64,000 bases of DNA, taken from contig NC_043005.1 in NCBI RefSeq assembly GCF_006345805.1, forward strand, positions 15,500,001 through 15,564,000, given 5' to 3'. The notes beneath the pieces are model-generated. The model was not told the DNA's origin and searched no databases. It saw only the letters and a program-made list of their open reading frames with translations. The DNA is from Octopus sinensis (lineage: Eukaryota). Position 1 is the first letter of the stretch. Every line of letters starts with the position of its first letter. Position numbers and translations under genes: made by a program. Below, piece by piece: positions 12,454 to 25,195 of this stretch.

Positions 12454-12767
12454 TATTGGGTCATCCCATAAATAATGCGATTTTTTTTCAATTGCATGAA
12501 CTAAAAGTCGGAGGGAGACGAGATAAACTACCAGTATTAACTTGCTATAAAAGCAAGTAGTAATTTTACCTTGTACTTATTCTTGGCATAAATTTTTAAA
12601 AGTGTAGTTCGATTTAAATCGTTATTTTTTTCAAAGCTACAATGGAAGCGACAAAGGAGCATATTCAACGTACTTTGCTTTATGAGTTCAATAAAGGTAA
12701 CAATGCAACAGAAAGTGTGAGGAATATTAATGCAGTATATGGGGATCGGAAAATAAGCGTAAGCCAG
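12454..12767 (+). mobile_element. Mariner 5' end (same family), truncated by SINE A
   Basis: TIR tattgggtcatcccataaataatgcg; ATG at 12642, MEATKEHIQRTLLYEFNKG... Confidence 0.88.
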
Positions 12768-13320
12768 TAGGAGTGGCTGTGTGGTAAGTAGCTTGCTTAC
12801 CAACCACATGGTTCCAGGTTCAGTCCCACTGCATGACATCTTAGGCAAATGTCTTCTACTATAGCCTCGGGTCGACCAAAGCCTTGAGTGGATTTGATAG
12901 ACAGAAACTGAAAGAAGCCTGTCCTATATATATATCCCTCTCTCTCTTTCGGAGAGGCACTGAGCAGCTATACGCACACATACACACATGGCAGTAACTT
13001 CCACCTACTGAATTCAATCACAAAGCTCCGGTTGGCTCGGGGCTATAGTGGAAGACACCTACCCAAAGTGCCACGCAGTGGGACTGAACCCGAAACCATG
13101 TAGCTAGGAAGCAAGCTCCCTAATGTGTGTGTATGTTTGTCCCCCCAGCATCGCTTGACAACCGATGCTGGTGTGTTTACATCCCCGTTACTTAGCGGTT
13201 CGACAAAAGAGACTGATAGAATAAGTACTAGGCTTACAAAGAACAAGTCCTGGATTTGCTCGACTAAATGCAGTGCTCCAGCATGGCCGCAGTCAAATGA
13301 CTGAAACAAGTAAAAGAGTA
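12768..13320 (+). mobile_element. SINE family A with a second family-A head inserted in inverse orientation (about 12990-13115)
   Basis: Plus head 12768-12925, minus head, then plus tail 13130-13320. Confidence 0.8.
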
Positions 13321-13513
13321 ACAGAGCTGTTGATGTTTGAGAAAATAGAAGCAACATTATTTTGCTTCAAAACTGGTGAACGTTGTTGACAAGAAGAGCA
13401 TCAAACTGCAGGAAATTTGCCTCAATGGATTCCTTGATGCATGCAAACATAGAAAAGGGATGTGAAAGTGATGATATACATTTCAGGAGAAGCAGATAAA
13501 AAATGAGATTTAC

Positions 13514-13607
13514 CCGTAAGCTTGGCGAGTCATCCTTTCAGCAGAGACATTAAATGTCTTGTTCGATAAAGGAGTAGTAGCACTAACTTCTGCTCGGTTG
13601 ATTGGCG
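13514..13607 (-). CDS. USP37: USP37-like coding exon 3 (linker)
   Basis: catttcAG acceptor, GG|GTAAAT donor. 94 nt, phase 1 to 2, open: (T)PINRAEVSATTPLSNKTFNVSAERMTRQAY(G). Confidence 0.8.
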
Positions 13608-13808
13608 CTGAAATGTATAGAAATACCATTAATTGTCTATACAGTTGCATATACACTTACCTTGGTTATATTTCAGATGGAAATCTCAGCAAGCCTTTTA
13701 GTTATGAAAAATTAACTGAAAACATTTGTTTCGTTAACCAATTCATTACCATAATTCTATTGAAATATGGAAACTTTGTTTCAAGTAATTTTGAAAAGAA
13801 TAAGGAAT

Positions 13809-14035
13809 TTAACCCTTTTGTGACCAACCCGGCTGAAACCGGCCCTGGATCTGAGTACAAATGTCTTGTTTTCATAAGTTTTGAATTAAAATCTCCCACC
13901 AAACCTTAGTCACAATTTATGTTCCTAACAGTAGCTAAATGATAAATAAGTTATTTTACTAAATTCTTTGTTATATTTAAAATAATTGGGAGAAACAAAG
14001 AGCATCTCAAAATAAATACAGTAACGAAAGGGTTA
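13809..14035. mobile_element. TTAA MITE family 1, nested in an older related MITE (about 13735-14140)
   Basis: TTAA-CCC...GGG-TTAA ends. Confidence 0.88.
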
Positions 14036-14165
14036 ATAATTATTATTAACTTGGTGTTTGGAACATAAATTTACTTGAAATTTTGGTGGGAAGTTTTAGT
14101 TTAGATCACTTTGAAACAGGAAATTTGTATCATAGCTTTTTTTATTTACTTATTGGTACGGTATT

Positions 14166-14500
14166 CATCATCATCGTTTAACGTCTGCTTTCCATGCTAG
14201 CATGGGTTGGACGGTTTGACTATGGTAATCATCATCATCGTTTAACATCCGCTTTCCATGCTAGCATGGGTTGGACCATTTGACCGAGGTCTGGCAAACC
14301 AGATGGCTGCACCAGACCGATCTGGCAGAGTTTCTACAGCTGGATGCCCTTCCTAATGCCAAACCACTCCAAGAGTGTAGTGGGGGCTTTTATGTGCCAC
14401 TGATAATGGCCATGCTCAAATGGTGCTTTTTATGTGCCACTTGCACAGGTATTGGTTGTTGCTATTTAGAGATGGTCTTTGGAGGACAAAAGTTTCTTAT
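14166..14500 (-). mobile_element. RTE 3'UTR-derived short element (tail duplicated)
   Basis: (CAT)n-gtttaacgtccgctttccatgctagcatgggttgg motif twice, then body. Confidence 0.85.
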
Positions 14501-14744
14501 GTAAGAACTACTCATCTCTCATCCAGGTCGTCCCATAGAACACCCCAAACAGGGATTTCGGTTGCACATTAGGAGTCACAGGGTGCTGCTCCATGTGGTC
14601 CCATAGTTTCCATCTAACTAGGAATATTAGGGTCTCATCCATTGTCTTGTATTCAAGATCCTCTGCTAGTTCAAAGCCAGGAATCAGATCTGTTAGGTCC
14701 TACCAATAACTAAGTCCATGCCCTGCTGCTGACGCTTTGATTTA

Positions 14745-14885
14745 TTGCCATTAAGGTTTTGTCTGTCTCCTACCCTCCGACCTGTCTAGCCAGGTAAGAC
14801 CTGCCTGAAGATTTCTCTCCCTCTAGCATAGCTCTCCGGGTCAACAGAGCACACAGGCAATTCACCGCGACAATGTACTTGTTAA
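14745..14885 (-). mobile_element. RTE-like 5'UTR fragment
   Basis: ttgtcgcggtg...gacccggagagctatgc...ggacaggtc-like motif order typical of RTE leaders (recalled, not searched). Confidence 0.45.
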
Positions 14886-15918
14886 ACTGGCCGTTGACCA
14901 CACAGTAGTTCTACCGCCCTTTGATGGGTCTTATTTTCGTCCCACAGGGAGTCCAACAATCACCCTCCTCACCAAGCAAGCTTGATGGGGTCGCCAGTTT
15001 AGTCGCCAATGACCTGACCATGCGACAGGTTGTACTGGGTTACATGTTACCAGTAGCACTCAAGAGCGACCTGACCAATAGAACTACCGAAGTCGCAAAC
15101 TGACATGAAATGAGATACATTATCTTATATTCAAGAACATAATTTGTGAGTGCTTTTCAAATACTAAGTACTCCTGTGCATCTGCTATACATAAAACCCT
15201 TTCCATCAACCTGGTTGCAATCTTAATGCACCTCTTACAGAACCAGATTTTACACCGAGTTTCACAGTACAGAATTCTTATCTATACTTATTCTTGCACA
15301 TAGAATATAAACATTTCCCAGACAACAACAGTTCTAGATTTTTCTCCTATTAACTAGAATGTTTGTCTTTGCAAAGTCTACTTTAAAATTTAATCATAAT
15401 AGGTATCACCATATTGGTACAGTCAAAGTGCTTGCTTCCTAACCATATGGTCTCAGGTTTGATCCTATTGCATGGCACTACAGGCAATGGTTTTTCTATA
15501 ACCTCAGGCTGACTAATGCCTTTTAAGTGAAATTTAGCAATTCAATTGCTGCATAGACGCCCAGCACGTGGCTAGACATTGTGCTGAAAAATCTTGGTGA
15601 ATTAAAGAAAGTAAGGAAAAACAAATATAAAATTATGAAAACTCAACACGCTAAACTGAAATGTTGACCCTCTGAAATCCCCTTCCTGTATATCTTTTGC
15701 GGTTGTTACTAGCAATCATTTAAGTGAAATGTTAACTGTGTTAATCTAACCCTTCTTGGAGAGCCCCTTCCTCTGGACAAAATCAGTTTAAAAAAAAGGT
15801 AAAAAGATAACATTAACTGCAAAAACAGTATGAAGGAGACATTGCAAGCAAGAAGTGTCATCTCTCTCAACTGACTGAAATGCCAAATACAATTCAGAAG
15901 ACAAAAAAAAATGCTTAC

Positions 15919-16082
15919 TTTTCCCTGCATTGCTATTTTTGTTATATTCTTCAAAGAAATCAGAAATCAGAGATTTTTGGTATTAAATGATCATCCGGAT
16001 TAAAATGCACTAAAAGGCCATCAGCAAATTCCAGAAGAAGCCGTTTCTTAAAAATTAATCGTTTGATGTTTGACCGAATCAA
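15919..16082 (-). CDS. USP37: USP37-like coding exon 2 (PH-like part 2), frameshifted by a 7-bp tandem duplication
   Basis: Acceptor tttctAG, donor AA|GTAAGC. Phase-0 start LIRSNIKRLIFKKRLLLEFADG resembles USP37 LSHNIKNVVL. At 164 nt it hits TGA at 15960-62. Removing one AGAAATC copy gives 157 nt, an open frame and the phase-1 end required by the next exon. Confidence 0.8.
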
Positions 16083-16217
16083 CTAGAAACATAAAAAGCA
16101 AAAGTTTTTAAATTAATTTTAAAAAATAAAAAAATTTATTAGAAGACAAATCAAAGAGTTATGTAAAATAGTGTTTTCTTAATGCATTATGTCAAATTTG
16201 GAAGAAACAATAAGACA

Positions 16218-16365
16218 TTTTTTACTCTAGGCACAAGGCCCGAAATTTTGGGGGAGGGAGCCAGTCGATCAGATCGACCCCAGTATGCAACTGGTACTTA
16301 ATTTATTGACCCCGAAAGGATGAAAGGCAAAGTCGACTTCGGCGGAATTTAAACTCAGAACGTAA
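16218..16365 (-). mobile_element. SINE family B, 5' truncated
   Basis: Core and B-box match. Confidence 0.8.
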
Positions 16366-16800
16366 AAGAAACAATAAGGTATTTGTGGTGCTCACTGTAT
16401 TGAACCCAGTAAATGGATATGAAAAACTTACACTAGTGACAAACTAAAAACCTAAGGATAGTGAAATATTTTAGCCTTGAACTATTTCATTGTATGAACC
16501 ACTTCCATTCATTCAAGTCAATATAATATTTAGACAAGGCACTGTGTGTGCATGCATGTACATGCATGTGTGTATATGCACATAAAATGCTATCATGCAT
16601 AACACATTACCAATAAGTTTTGGGCTCAGTTATCAGTCCTACACTAAACTCTTTTATTGCATTAATAAATCCAGTCATTGCATCTGAGGATAGGCTAAAA
16701 TGCAGAGTTCAAACATGCATAAATATACACACAGACCAGCCTAATTCTCTTCCTGCAGGCAGAGAAATTTAATTATGAACAAAAAAATTCATTTCACACC

Positions 16801-17990
16801 TTAACAGAATGTGATTTTAACCCTTTCGTTACCAACCGGCTCTGGCTTTGAGTACAAATGTCTTGTTTTCATAAACTTTGAATTAAAATCTTCCGCCAAA
16901 CCTTAGTCACAATTTATGTTCCTAACACTAGCTGAATGATAACTAAGTTATTTTACTAAATTCTTTGTTATATTTAAAGTAATTGAAAGAAACACAGAGC
17001 ATCTCAAAATAAATAGTAACTAAAGGGTTAACAGAATGTGATATTAACCCTTCGTTACCAACCCAGCTGAAACTGGCTCTGGCTTTGAGTACAAATGTCT
17101 TGTTTTCATAAACTTTGAATTAAAATCTTCTGCCAAACCTTAGTCACAATTTATGTTCCTAACACTAGCTGAATGATAACTAAGTTATTTTACTAAATTC
17201 TTTGTTATATTTAAAGTAATTGAAAGAAACACAGAGCATCTCAAAATAAATATAGTAACTAAAGGGTTAACAGAATGTGATATTAACCTTTCGTTACCAA
17301 CCCAGCTGAAACTGGCTCTGGCTTTGAGTACAAATGTCTTGTTTTCATAAACTTTGAATTAAAATCTTCTGCCAAACCTTAGTCACAATTTATGTTCCTA
17401 ACACTAGCTGAATGATAACTAAGTTATTTTACTAAATTCTTTGTTATATTTAAAGTAATTGAAAGAAACACAGAGCATCTCAAAATAAATATAGTAACTA
17501 AAGGGTTAACAGAATGTGATATTAACCCTTTCGTTACCAACCCAGCTGAAACCGGCTCTGGCTTTGAGTACAAATGTCTTGTTTTCATAAACTTTGAATT
17601 AAAATCTTCTGCCAAACCTTAGTCACAATTTATGTTCCTAACACTAGCTGAATGATAACTAAGTTATTTTACTAAATTCTTTGTTATATTTAAAGTAATT
17701 GAAAGAAACACAGAGCATCTCAAAATAAATATAGTAACTAAAGGGTTAACAGAATGTGATATTAACCCTTTCGTTACCAACCCAGCTGAAACTGGCTCTG
17801 GCTTTGAGTACAAATGTCTTGTTTTCATAAACTTTGAATTAAAATCTTCTGCCAAACCTTAGTCACAATTTATGTTCCTAACACTAGCTGAATGATAACT
17901 AAGTTATTTTACTAAATTCTTTGTTATATTTAAAGTAATTGAAAGAAACACAGAGCATCTCAAAATATATATAGTAACAAAAGGGATAAC
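16801..17990. repeat. Tandem array of 5 TTAA MITE family 1 copies (about 240-bp unit)
   Basis: Each unit is TTAA-cagaatgtgat(a/t)-TTAA-MITE; MITE TTAA starts at about 16817, 17044, 17283, 17522, 17762. Confidence 0.95.
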
Positions 17991-18836
17991 GGAACCCCAA
18001 TGATTTATATACATACATTTTCATGTATATGTGTAAGTACATATTTTACGTACTTACATCTGTACATGTGTGTACTAATGTATGCACAGATTTCATGTGC
18101 ATGTACATATGTAAGCATTTATAATTTTTAAATTAAAGGTGAACTTACAGCATCTCTGTTGCTTTCTTAACCCCCAATTTTGCATATTATATCCCCCTCC
18201 CCCACTTTTTATCACCTTCTATCTCACTCCACCTCAAAGATATAATGCACAAACTCTCTCTTATTCTGTTTACATTAGTAGAACATTGAATATAGACAAA
18301 CATCTTTGGAAAGAAGACAAAATTCCTCCTCATACCCAACTATCTTCAATGATTCATGGAATTTTAAAACATTTTGTTTTTCTACATACAACCCAAAATT
18401 AATCACCCAAAAAGTTTGTGGGTGTAAATAGAAATATTTTTTTTTATCTATCTTGTCTGAGTGATAAATGCTAAAAATCAAATGTACTGAAAATAAATTT
18501 TTGCTAAATGTAACAAAACAAACACTAGTTAAATTATAAGGTATTGGCTTAAGAAAACCTGGCTTTTTGTGGGCCCTTAACTTTTCTCTATTTTCACAGT
18601 GGAAATATTGCTGGTAAATTTAGCAGCTTGTTTCATTATTTAACTAACATTAATCCAGTCAACTTTACCCTTCTTTCACCTAGGGGTCAATGTAATTTAA
18701 TTGTCCTTTACCCTCAAAATTGCTAACCTTGTGCTAAAATAAAAAAAAAAGTTATTTGAATAAAGAATAAAATACCAAACCTGCTACTAAGGGAGTCTTT
18801 ATAAGCATGACCAAATTGCTAGAAATAGCAGTCAAA

Positions 18837-19068
18837 GGCGGCGAGCTGGCAGAAACGTTAGCATGCCGGACGAAATGCTTAGTGGTATTTCATCTGTCTT
18901 TACGTTCTGAGTTCAAATTCCGCCAAGGTCGACTTTGCCTTTCATCCTTTCGGGGGTCAATTAAATAAGTACCAGTTATGCACTGGGGTCAATATAATCC
19001 ACTTAATCAGTTTGTCTGTCCTTGTTTGTCCCCTTTAAGTTTAGCCCCTTGTGGGCAATAAAGAAATA
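18837..19068 (+). mobile_element. SINE family B
   Basis: Full-length match. Confidence 0.88.
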
Positions 19069-19957
19069 AGAAATAGCAGTCAAATCACCCTCAAATCACA
19101 CAATACCAACTTAAGGATATTTTAAACAATGTAGTCATTAAACCACCCACTATATTTATGGGGAAAATATCTTTTTTTTTAAATGGTCACATTGGGAACA
19201 TCTTCAATCATAGCTCTGCTTCATCAGGCATGACATGAGGGTAGACTGCAGCAAAAGATTCTGTAAGGAGGAATTTAACCAATACTCTGAAGTACATGTA
19301 ACGAGAGAAACTTATTTATCGCAAATAACCAGTTGTTTGGCCATGTATGCTTTCACAATGGACGAGCCCTCTCGCTCCCCATTTTAGCCCAGCTGAATCA
19401 TAATTCGGGAAAATTAAATAAATGTGGATGAGAAACAAATGGGGGATGGTCTGGATATTTGCAATAGAATGGCCCTGAATTCTGCTAAGGGTAACAAAGA
19501 ACCAAGGTTGTGGTTTAACTCCAGGTTAATTCTAAACAAGTAAACCTATGACCAAAGGCAATCCAGCAATGACTGCTCTACCTTTTCCCAATAAACACTA
19601 TCAAATGTGTCCTTTTAAATTTTGACAGTAAGATAGGGTTTTTGGACATTTGGCTGCTACTTCTAAGCACTCAAGCAACCACATATAGGCTGTCTCACTG
19701 GTAGAAATCTTGCTAATAGAACAGTCTAATAGTGTTGGTGTTAAACAGGATGACTGACTGTATCACCAATAAAATCCACTGGTTATTAATGTTTTTATAT
19801 AACTGCATCCCACCATAACGTCTTTCCCCACTAAGCATCAATTTCTAACTAAGGAGACTACATTCTTATACGAAGATGACAAAGATGTGTAGAAGAGATG
19901 TTATAACCTTTAAACGGTTGGGCCCCAACAAGTGGCAATATGTATGGAAAACTATAA

Positions 19958-20180
19958 GTTTAGTGTTTAAATCGGCCAAATCCGGCCCAACATATTCTAC
20001 ATGTTTTATATTCAAACTGGTGATATCTAGCCTCTCACTCCTAACCTACAATATCATTCTGAAAATAAACAATCACATCATTGAAACCTCAAAGCTGTAA
20101 GATAATCCAGGATTAATTCAAAACAATTTGAGTGAAAAAGTATTACAGTTAACAGAGTAATCTGAACACTAAAGGGTTAA
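19958..20180. mobile_element. TTAA MITE family 2, left end damaged
   Basis: Body and right TIR match. Confidence 0.8.
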
Positions 20181-20413
20181 AGCAATAATAATGTTTGTAC
20201 CTTGCCTGAGAGTATGATTTTGTTTTAACTTTTTTGCAACCATATTTCTGTTAAAATAAACTGCTTTTGTCTCAAATAATTTACAAAAAGTTTTTTTTTA
20301 ATTTTAAATTAAAACCAGCAAAATTTTATGTTAATTTATGCTCTAAACATAGATTAATAATGGTGAAGTTATTTTACTAAATACTTTGTATTTAGGAAAA
20401 TAACTGACATTAT

Positions 20414-20640
20414 TAACCCTTTCGTTACCAACCCGGCTGAAACCGGCTCTGGCTCTGAGTACAAATGTCTTGTTTCCTTAAGTTCTGAATTAAAATCTTC
20501 CCCCAAACCTTAGTCACAATTTATGCAACTAACAGTAGCTGAATGATAACTAAGTTATTTTACTAAATTCTTTGTTATATTTAAAGTAATTGAAAGAAAC
20601 ACAGAGCATCTCAAAATAAATACAGTAATGGAAGGGTTAA
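20414..20640. mobile_element. TTAA MITE family 1, nested in an older related MITE (about 20200-20775)
   Basis: TTAA-CCC...GGG-TTAA ends. Confidence 0.88.
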
Positions 20641-20846
20641 GCTATGTTTTATAACATAGATTAGCATGAAATTTTGATGAACGGTTTTAAGTTAGATCAC
20701 TTTAAAACAAGGAAATTTGCGCCATAGAATCAGGGATAGTGGTTTCAGACAGGTTGGTAACAAAAGGGTGTTAATGAGATCCTGAAAGCTTTGAATGGTG
20801 GCATTCATTCAATCTGTTCAGGTAACTTGAAGAATAAATAACTTAC

Positions 20847-21017
20847 CTTAAATGTTATAGCTGGGTAAACCTTATTGGTACTCAACATCACATTACAGCA
20901 CCAAACATTGTTGGTGTTCTTTAGATCAAGGGTTCCACTCTTCCAGCTGACATTGCCAGTCTTTTGAGTATAATACTTAATGGAACCAGACCATTCAAGT
21001 GTATCTGGAAGCTTCAT
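20847..21017 (-). CDS. USP37: USP37-like deubiquitinase, first coding exon (N-terminal PH-like domain, part 1)
   Basis: Acceptor tttcAG at 21049-50, 31 nt of leader, ATG at 21017. Encodes MKLPDTLEWSGSIKYYTQKTGNVSWKSGTLDL...PAITFK, resembling the human USP37 N-terminus as I recall it (LKIHGPIRIRSMQTGITKWKEGSFEI). Phase-0 donor AAG|GTAAGT. Confidence 0.85.
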
Positions 21018-21207
21018 GCTGATGGTGCTAGGTGAATGAGCTGCAATTCTGAAACAAAAAAAGGGCCTATAAAAATAATATGTTAACAAGCAGTACTTGT
21101 AGAAATTACTTGATTATTTCGAGAACTGTAAGATGATCAAAAGTTTATAGAGAACCAGATAATATATAATTGCTTTTGAAATTGATTTTTTTCAAACCTT
21201 TGATGCT

Positions 21208-21649
21208 TTAACTCTTTAGTATTTAAACTGGCCATATCCGGCCAAAATATTTAATCTGTTTTATGTTTGCCAGCTCCGTCTGGCACCTGTGCGGGTGGCA
21301 CCTAAAAAGCACCTACTACACTCACGGTGTGGTTGGCGTTAGGAAGGGCATCCAGCTGTAGAAACACTGCCAGATCAGACTGGGCCTGGTGCAGCCTTCT
21401 GGCTTCACACACCCCAGTTGAACCGTCCAACCCATGCTAGCGCGGAAAGCAGACGCTAAATGATGATGATGATGATGATGTTCAAACTGACCAGATCCAG
21501 GCTCTCACACCCACCCTACAATGTTATTCTACATTAGGTAATTACACCATCAAGATCTTGAAGATATGAGATAATCCATGATTAATTCAAATCAATGTGA
21601 ATCAATAAGCATTATGTTTGATAGAATAATCAGAACACTAAAGGGTTAA
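21208..21649. mobile_element. TTAA MITE family 2 interrupted by RTE 3' element
   Basis: Both TIRs present. Confidence 0.85.
21268..21480 (+). mobile_element. RTE 3'UTR-derived short element inserted in a MITE
   Basis: Family match with (ATG)n tail. Confidence 0.87.
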
Positions 21650-22005
21650 ATGGTGTAAAAGTCCAAATACATAGTATTTAATGGGCAGTCTTAGGAAACA
21701 ACATCTCTGAAAGCTATTGTCCTTGTTATGCATCTGATAATTATCTGGAGTGTTGCTATTGGTTTTCATTTTACATCAAGAAGTAAACGATATTAACTAT
21801 GGAAAGAAATCAAAAACATCTATAATATTCTGCTACTGTATGACTGTGTTAGTAAAGCTTCAACAAACGTTAATATGCTGTATTACATCCTTATTTTCGT
21901 AACAGTGAAAAGTTCATATGGCTAAACTTGAACTATGTGGTCCTAAATCCACAGCACCTCGGGCAAGACTCTTCTACAAAAGCCTCAAGTGAAATTCAGT
22001 CAACA

Positions 22006-22350
22006 GGAGCGTAGGAGTGGCTCTGTGGTAAGTAGCTTGCTTACTAACCACATGGTTCCGGGTTCAGTCCCACTGCGTGACACCTTGGGCAAGTGTCTTC
22101 TACTATAGCCTTGGGCCGACCAAAGCCCTGAGTGAATTTGGTAGATGGAAATTGTGTCTGTGTTTGTCCCCCCAACATCGCTTGACAACCGATGCTGGTG
22201 TGTTTACGTCCCCATAACTTAGTGGTTCAGCAAAAGAGACCGATAGAATAAGTACTAGGCTTACAAAGAACAAGCCCTGGGGCGATTTGCTTGACTAAAG
22301 GTGGTGCTCCAGCATGGCCACAGTCAAATGACTGAAACAAGTAAAAGAGG
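22006..22350 (+). mobile_element. SINE family A
   Basis: Head and tail match. Confidence 0.88.
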
Positions 22351-22578
22351 GGCAGTATGGAAGATCAGTGTGTGTGTGTGTGGTTGTGTGTGTAGAGAGA
22401 GAGAGTTAGAAAGAGAAAGAGTGATTACATTTATGCTGCTTAAAACCAGTATTATCAATAGTAACATTGTGGTTCAACAAATACAAATTGATAAAGCACC
22501 AAACTTTAAAATAATAAGATTGATATGCTTGACCAAACTCTTGAAGGCAGTGCCCCAGCATCACTGCCACCCCATAGC

Positions 22579-23015
22579 CATCGTCATCATCGTTTAATGT
22601 CCGCTTTCCATGCTAGTAGCATGGGTTGGAAGATTTGACTGAGGACTGGTGAACCAGATGGCTGCACCAGGCTCCAATCTGATCTGGCAGAGTTTCTACA
22701 GCTGGATGCTCTTCCTAACACCAACCACTCCGAGAGTGTAGTGGGTGCTTTTATGTGCCACTGGCACGAGGGCCAGTCAGGCAGTACTAGCAACGGCCAT
22801 GCTCAAATGGTGTTTTTTACGTGCCGCCTGCACAGGAGCCAGTCCAGCGGCACTGGCAACAACCTCGCTCGAATGTTTTTTCACGTGTCACTGGCACAAG
22901 TGCTGCTAGTAAGGCGATGCTGGTAACGATCACATTTGAATGGTGCTTTTTACGTGCCACCGGCATGGAAGCCAGTTAACTGTTCTGACAACGATCACGC
23001 TCGGATGGTGTAAAA
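22579..23015 (-). mobile_element. RTE 3'UTR-derived element with VNTR
   Basis: Family match. Confidence 0.85.
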
Positions 23016-23415
23016 GATTAAATGAATAAAAAGATATATAAATACTATAATTTATTAACATTATTATAACTGCAACAATTATATATTTACAAACATACTT
23101 GACGTGACTGTCTTCAGTAACTCCTTGACTCACACTTGGCCCTTACGTATGTATTTGCATTCACACATATTGTGACATATATAAAAATATACAGAAGATT
23201 TTCCCATTCTTGTTGCAAAATAACTATCTTATACACCAAGATACAATTCAAGAATACTTCAAACACAGTGCAACATCTTGATATTCTTCCTATCACTCTT
23301 TCCAGTTTAAACCTCCCATATCACTTTTATCGTTTTCCTCTTGAATGCTTAAACTCAACCCCCTCATTTCTTACAATTTTCTGTTTTACTTTCTCTCCCT
23401 CTCCCTGTCATGTCA

Positions 23416-23704
23416 GTGGAGGCACATGGCCTAGTGGTTAGAGCAGCAGACTCGCGGTCGAGAGGTCGCAAGTTTGAATCTCAGACCAGGTAATGTGTAT
23501 GTTTATGAGCGAAACACCTAAGCTCCACGCAGCTCCGGCAGAAGGAAATGGCGAACTTCAGTTGACTCTTTCGCCACAACTTTCTCTCACTCTTTCCTCC
23601 TGCATCTTGCAGCTCACCTACGACGGACCGGCCTCCCGTCCAGGTGGGGAACCTATACGCCAAGGAAACCGGCCCTTATGAGCCAGGCGTGGCTCAAGAA
23701 GGAA
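23416..23704 (+). mobile_element. tRNA-derived SINE, family C1 (tail with V-domain-like gacggaccggcctcccgtccagg)
   Basis: A box TGGCCTAGTGG, B-box-like GTTTGAATC, unique body. Confidence 0.8.
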
Positions 23705-23947
23705 TGTCAGAGCTTTACACAAAAAGCATGTAAGAACATATTGTATTAATATAACAATTCACAAGACAGAGTTTATAACAGATTGATGACTGTGTATAGC
23801 TTGTGTCATAAATTTGCTTCTTAACCCTATGGTTTTCAGCTTTGTCCTACTGCATAACAGCTAGGGTAGATGTCCTCTATTGTAGCTTCAAAGAAAATGC
23901 TGCTTTCTCAGTGAATTTGGTGGACAGGAACTGTACAAAGCTCATTA

Positions 23948-24165
23948 TACAAAGGAGTACTGGAAAGCTCCTGGCTTTGAGTAAAAGAAAATACAGGAGT
24001 ATCAGTTAATTATGATTTTATTCAACATATTCCTCTCTCAAATTCACACTTATTGAAGTGGCTCTTCAGTTTTTTTTAAGCCCTGTAAAAGAACTTGGAA
24101 ATTTAGGCTTCCAACCAGGCCTTCAGTGATACCCTTAAAGTTTGAAACTTTTCAGCACCTCCTCC
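23948..24165. mobile_element. Old mariner-derived MITE
   Basis: Ends tacaaaggagtactggaaag / aacttttcagcacctcct resemble mariner TIRs. Confidence 0.45.
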
Positions 24166-24811
24166 TGTGTGCATATGTATGTGCCTATGTAACTGTTAGA
24201 ATTCAGGGCATTTTTTATGAAAAACAGCCGAGCAACAAATGGTGAAATTCATCATCATTTCCCATCAGCAAATCATGAGGTGTGTTTGGTTTGCAATTTC
24301 AAAGATTTGTAGAATAAGAGATTTTTTTTTTTTTTTTAAGTTTTAAATATTTTAAAAATGATTGAATGGCCATGACCGGAACATGTTGACCATAAACCTG
24401 CAGAATCAAGAATGTCCTGGAGCAAGCTAACGACAACCTCTGTTGACACAACCCTTAATTAGCTTGTGTGTGCATGCACAAACACACACATGCATTCTGA
24501 CCATTGATCTGTTTGATCTCTGGGTGTGAAGTAAGATAATGTACAATTAACACAAGTTTAAGTAGTTTGATTTATATACATTATAGTTGTCATTCCTCTT
24601 TCAATCATGACTACAACTATTAACTGCCCTCAACTCTATCACCATATCAATTACGATCACCACCACTACTACTACTGACCACCACTCAATATTAAATTTA
24701 CAAAAAGGTTTCTCAGACCAATATTATTACACTGAAGTGGTTTAGACCAATGTAATGTATCCAATCAAAACATGGTTTTTTTTATGCAAACAGCATAGGG
24801 TTAAGAGTGGC

Positions 24812-25195
24812 TGCGTAGGAGTGGCTGTGTGGTAAGTAGCTTGCTTACCAACCACATGGCTCCTGGTTCAGTCCCACTGTGTGGCACCTTGGGCAAGTGT
24901 CTTCTACTATAGCCTCGGACCAACCAAAGCCTTGTGAGTGGATCTGGTAGACGGAAACTGAAAGAAGCTTGTCATATATATGTATATATATGTGTTTGTG
25001 TTTGTCCCCCCCAACATCGCTTGACAACCGATGGTGGTGTGTTCACATCCCCGTAACTTAGCAGTTCGGCAAAAGAGACCGATAGAATAAGTACTAGGCT
25101 TCCAAAGAATAAGTCCTGGGGTCGATTTGCTCGACCAAAGGCAGTGCTCCAGCATGGCCACAGTCACATGACAGAAACAAGTAAAAGAGTAAAAG
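24812..25195 (+). mobile_element. SINE family A
   Basis: Full-length match. Confidence 0.9.

Noticed and set aside
13559-13909. 116-aa plus-strand ORF
   Set aside because: Antisense to USP37 exon 3 and runs into a MITE; no independent support.
14930-15080. HDV-like or twister ribozyme in a small repeat (minus strand GACTAA, CCAGT/ACTGG, GAGGAGGG)
   Set aside because: Some elements fit but P1/P3 could not be built consistently; needs a descriptor search.
15709-15954. 81-aa minus ORF as continuation of exon 2
   Set aside because: Reads through a strong donor into intron in the wrong frame; low-complexity product.
16801-17990. CRISPR-like array
   Set aside because: Units are 240-bp MITE copies with an identical 12-bp spacer; no unique spacers, no cas genes, eukaryotic context.
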